This document shows positions 63,424-64,000 of a stretch of 64,000 bases of DNA, piece by piece. Each line of letters starts with the position of its first letter. Within the stretch, counting starts at the first letter, position 1. The notes beneath the pieces were generated by a model. The model made no database searches. It worked only from the letters and a program-made list of their open reading frames with translations, and had not been told where the DNA came from. Source of the stretch: a virus (taxonomy: Duplodnaviria > Heunggongvirae > Uroviricota > Caudoviricetes); the IMG/VR virus record IMGVR_UViG_3300048625_000166, one strand, 5' to 3'. Position numbers and translations under genes: made by a program.

Positions 63424-64000
63424 AACAGGTTGACTTTCTAATAATTGGCGCAGGCCTTGCTGGAATTGGTGCGGCAGTTCACTTCCAAAAACAATACCCA
63501 AACAAAACTTTTGCTATCGTAGAGAAACGTGGTAGTATTGGTGGCACATGGGATGTGTTCAAGTACCCAGGTGTTCGTTCAGATAGCGACATGTTTACAC
63601 TGGGTTACAGTTTCAAACCGTGGACTGGTAGTTACTATGCCACAGGACAAGAGATTAACAACTACATCAAAGAAACTGCCCAAGAATACAACATTACACA
63701 ACACATCCATTTCAACACTACAGCTAGTGGCTTAGAATGGCAAGACAATCAATGGACTCTATATACTAACAACGATATGTTCGTTGCCAAATTCGTATTG
63801 TTTGCTACCGGTTACATCAACCACGAACGTTCACACTTCCCATTCATCAAGAACCACAATAGTTTTAAAGGCAAAATCATTCATACTCAGTACTGGGATA
63901 GTGACATAGACTATACAGACAAGAAAATAGTCGTGATTGGCAGTGGGGCTACTGCATACACATTAGTGCCAGAACTTGCAAAGACAGCAAAACACGTGAC
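63420..64000 (+). CDS. Flavin-containing (Baeyer-Villiger/EthA-like) monooxygenase, 3'-truncated
   Basis: Manual translation: IIGAGLAGIG, GGTWDVFKYPGVRSDSD, IIHTQYW, VVIGSGATA; absent from the ORF track because there is no stop in the window. Confidence 0.85.
   Translation, partial: MKQVDFLIIGAGLAGIGAAVHFQKQYPNKTFAIVEKRGSIGGTWDVFKYPGVRSDSDMFTLGYSFKPWTGSYYATGQEINNYIKETAQEYNITQHIHFNTTASGLEWQDNQWTLYTNNDMFVAKFVLFATGYINHERSHFPFIKNHNSFKGKIIHTQYWDSDIDYTDKKIVVIGSGATAYTLVPELAKTAKHV

Overview
AT-rich segment of a large dsDNA (jumbo-type) bacteriophage genome. Bases 1-10 kb (+) carry virion/fibre-like and host-like genes (infA, erpA/iscA, a 5'(3')-nucleotidase). Bases 10-38 kb (-) are a dense early region of small ORFs behind a family of near-consensus sigma70 promoters, including two paralogous cassette families and an RNA-repair set (Rnl1-type ligase, Pnk-type kinase, phosphoesterases, YqeY). 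Bases 38-58.9 kb (-) form a translation island. It holds an RF1-like release factor interrupted by an in-frame UGA, a vWA/DUF2828 (Ro60-like) protein, rpoZ and 47 tRNA genes covering all 20 amino acids. It also holds about 25 non-canonical structured RNAs, including a GOLLD-sized RNA and eight covarying Y-RNA-like elements that display anticodon loops or permuted tRNAs. Three rrn-type boxB-boxA antitermination sites lie inside the array. At its head is a 57-codon leader ORF using all 20 amino acids and 41 different codons, coupled to a terminator/antiterminator switch. Bases 58.9-64 kb encode a sugar epimerase, fatty-acid desaturase, 2OG-Fe(II)-like oxygenases and a truncated flavin monooxygenase. 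The strongest candidates for undescribed systems are the pan-codon attenuator, the Ro60-like protein plus its Y-like RNA family, and the UGA-gated release factor. All calls were made by eye; no searches or folding programs were run.
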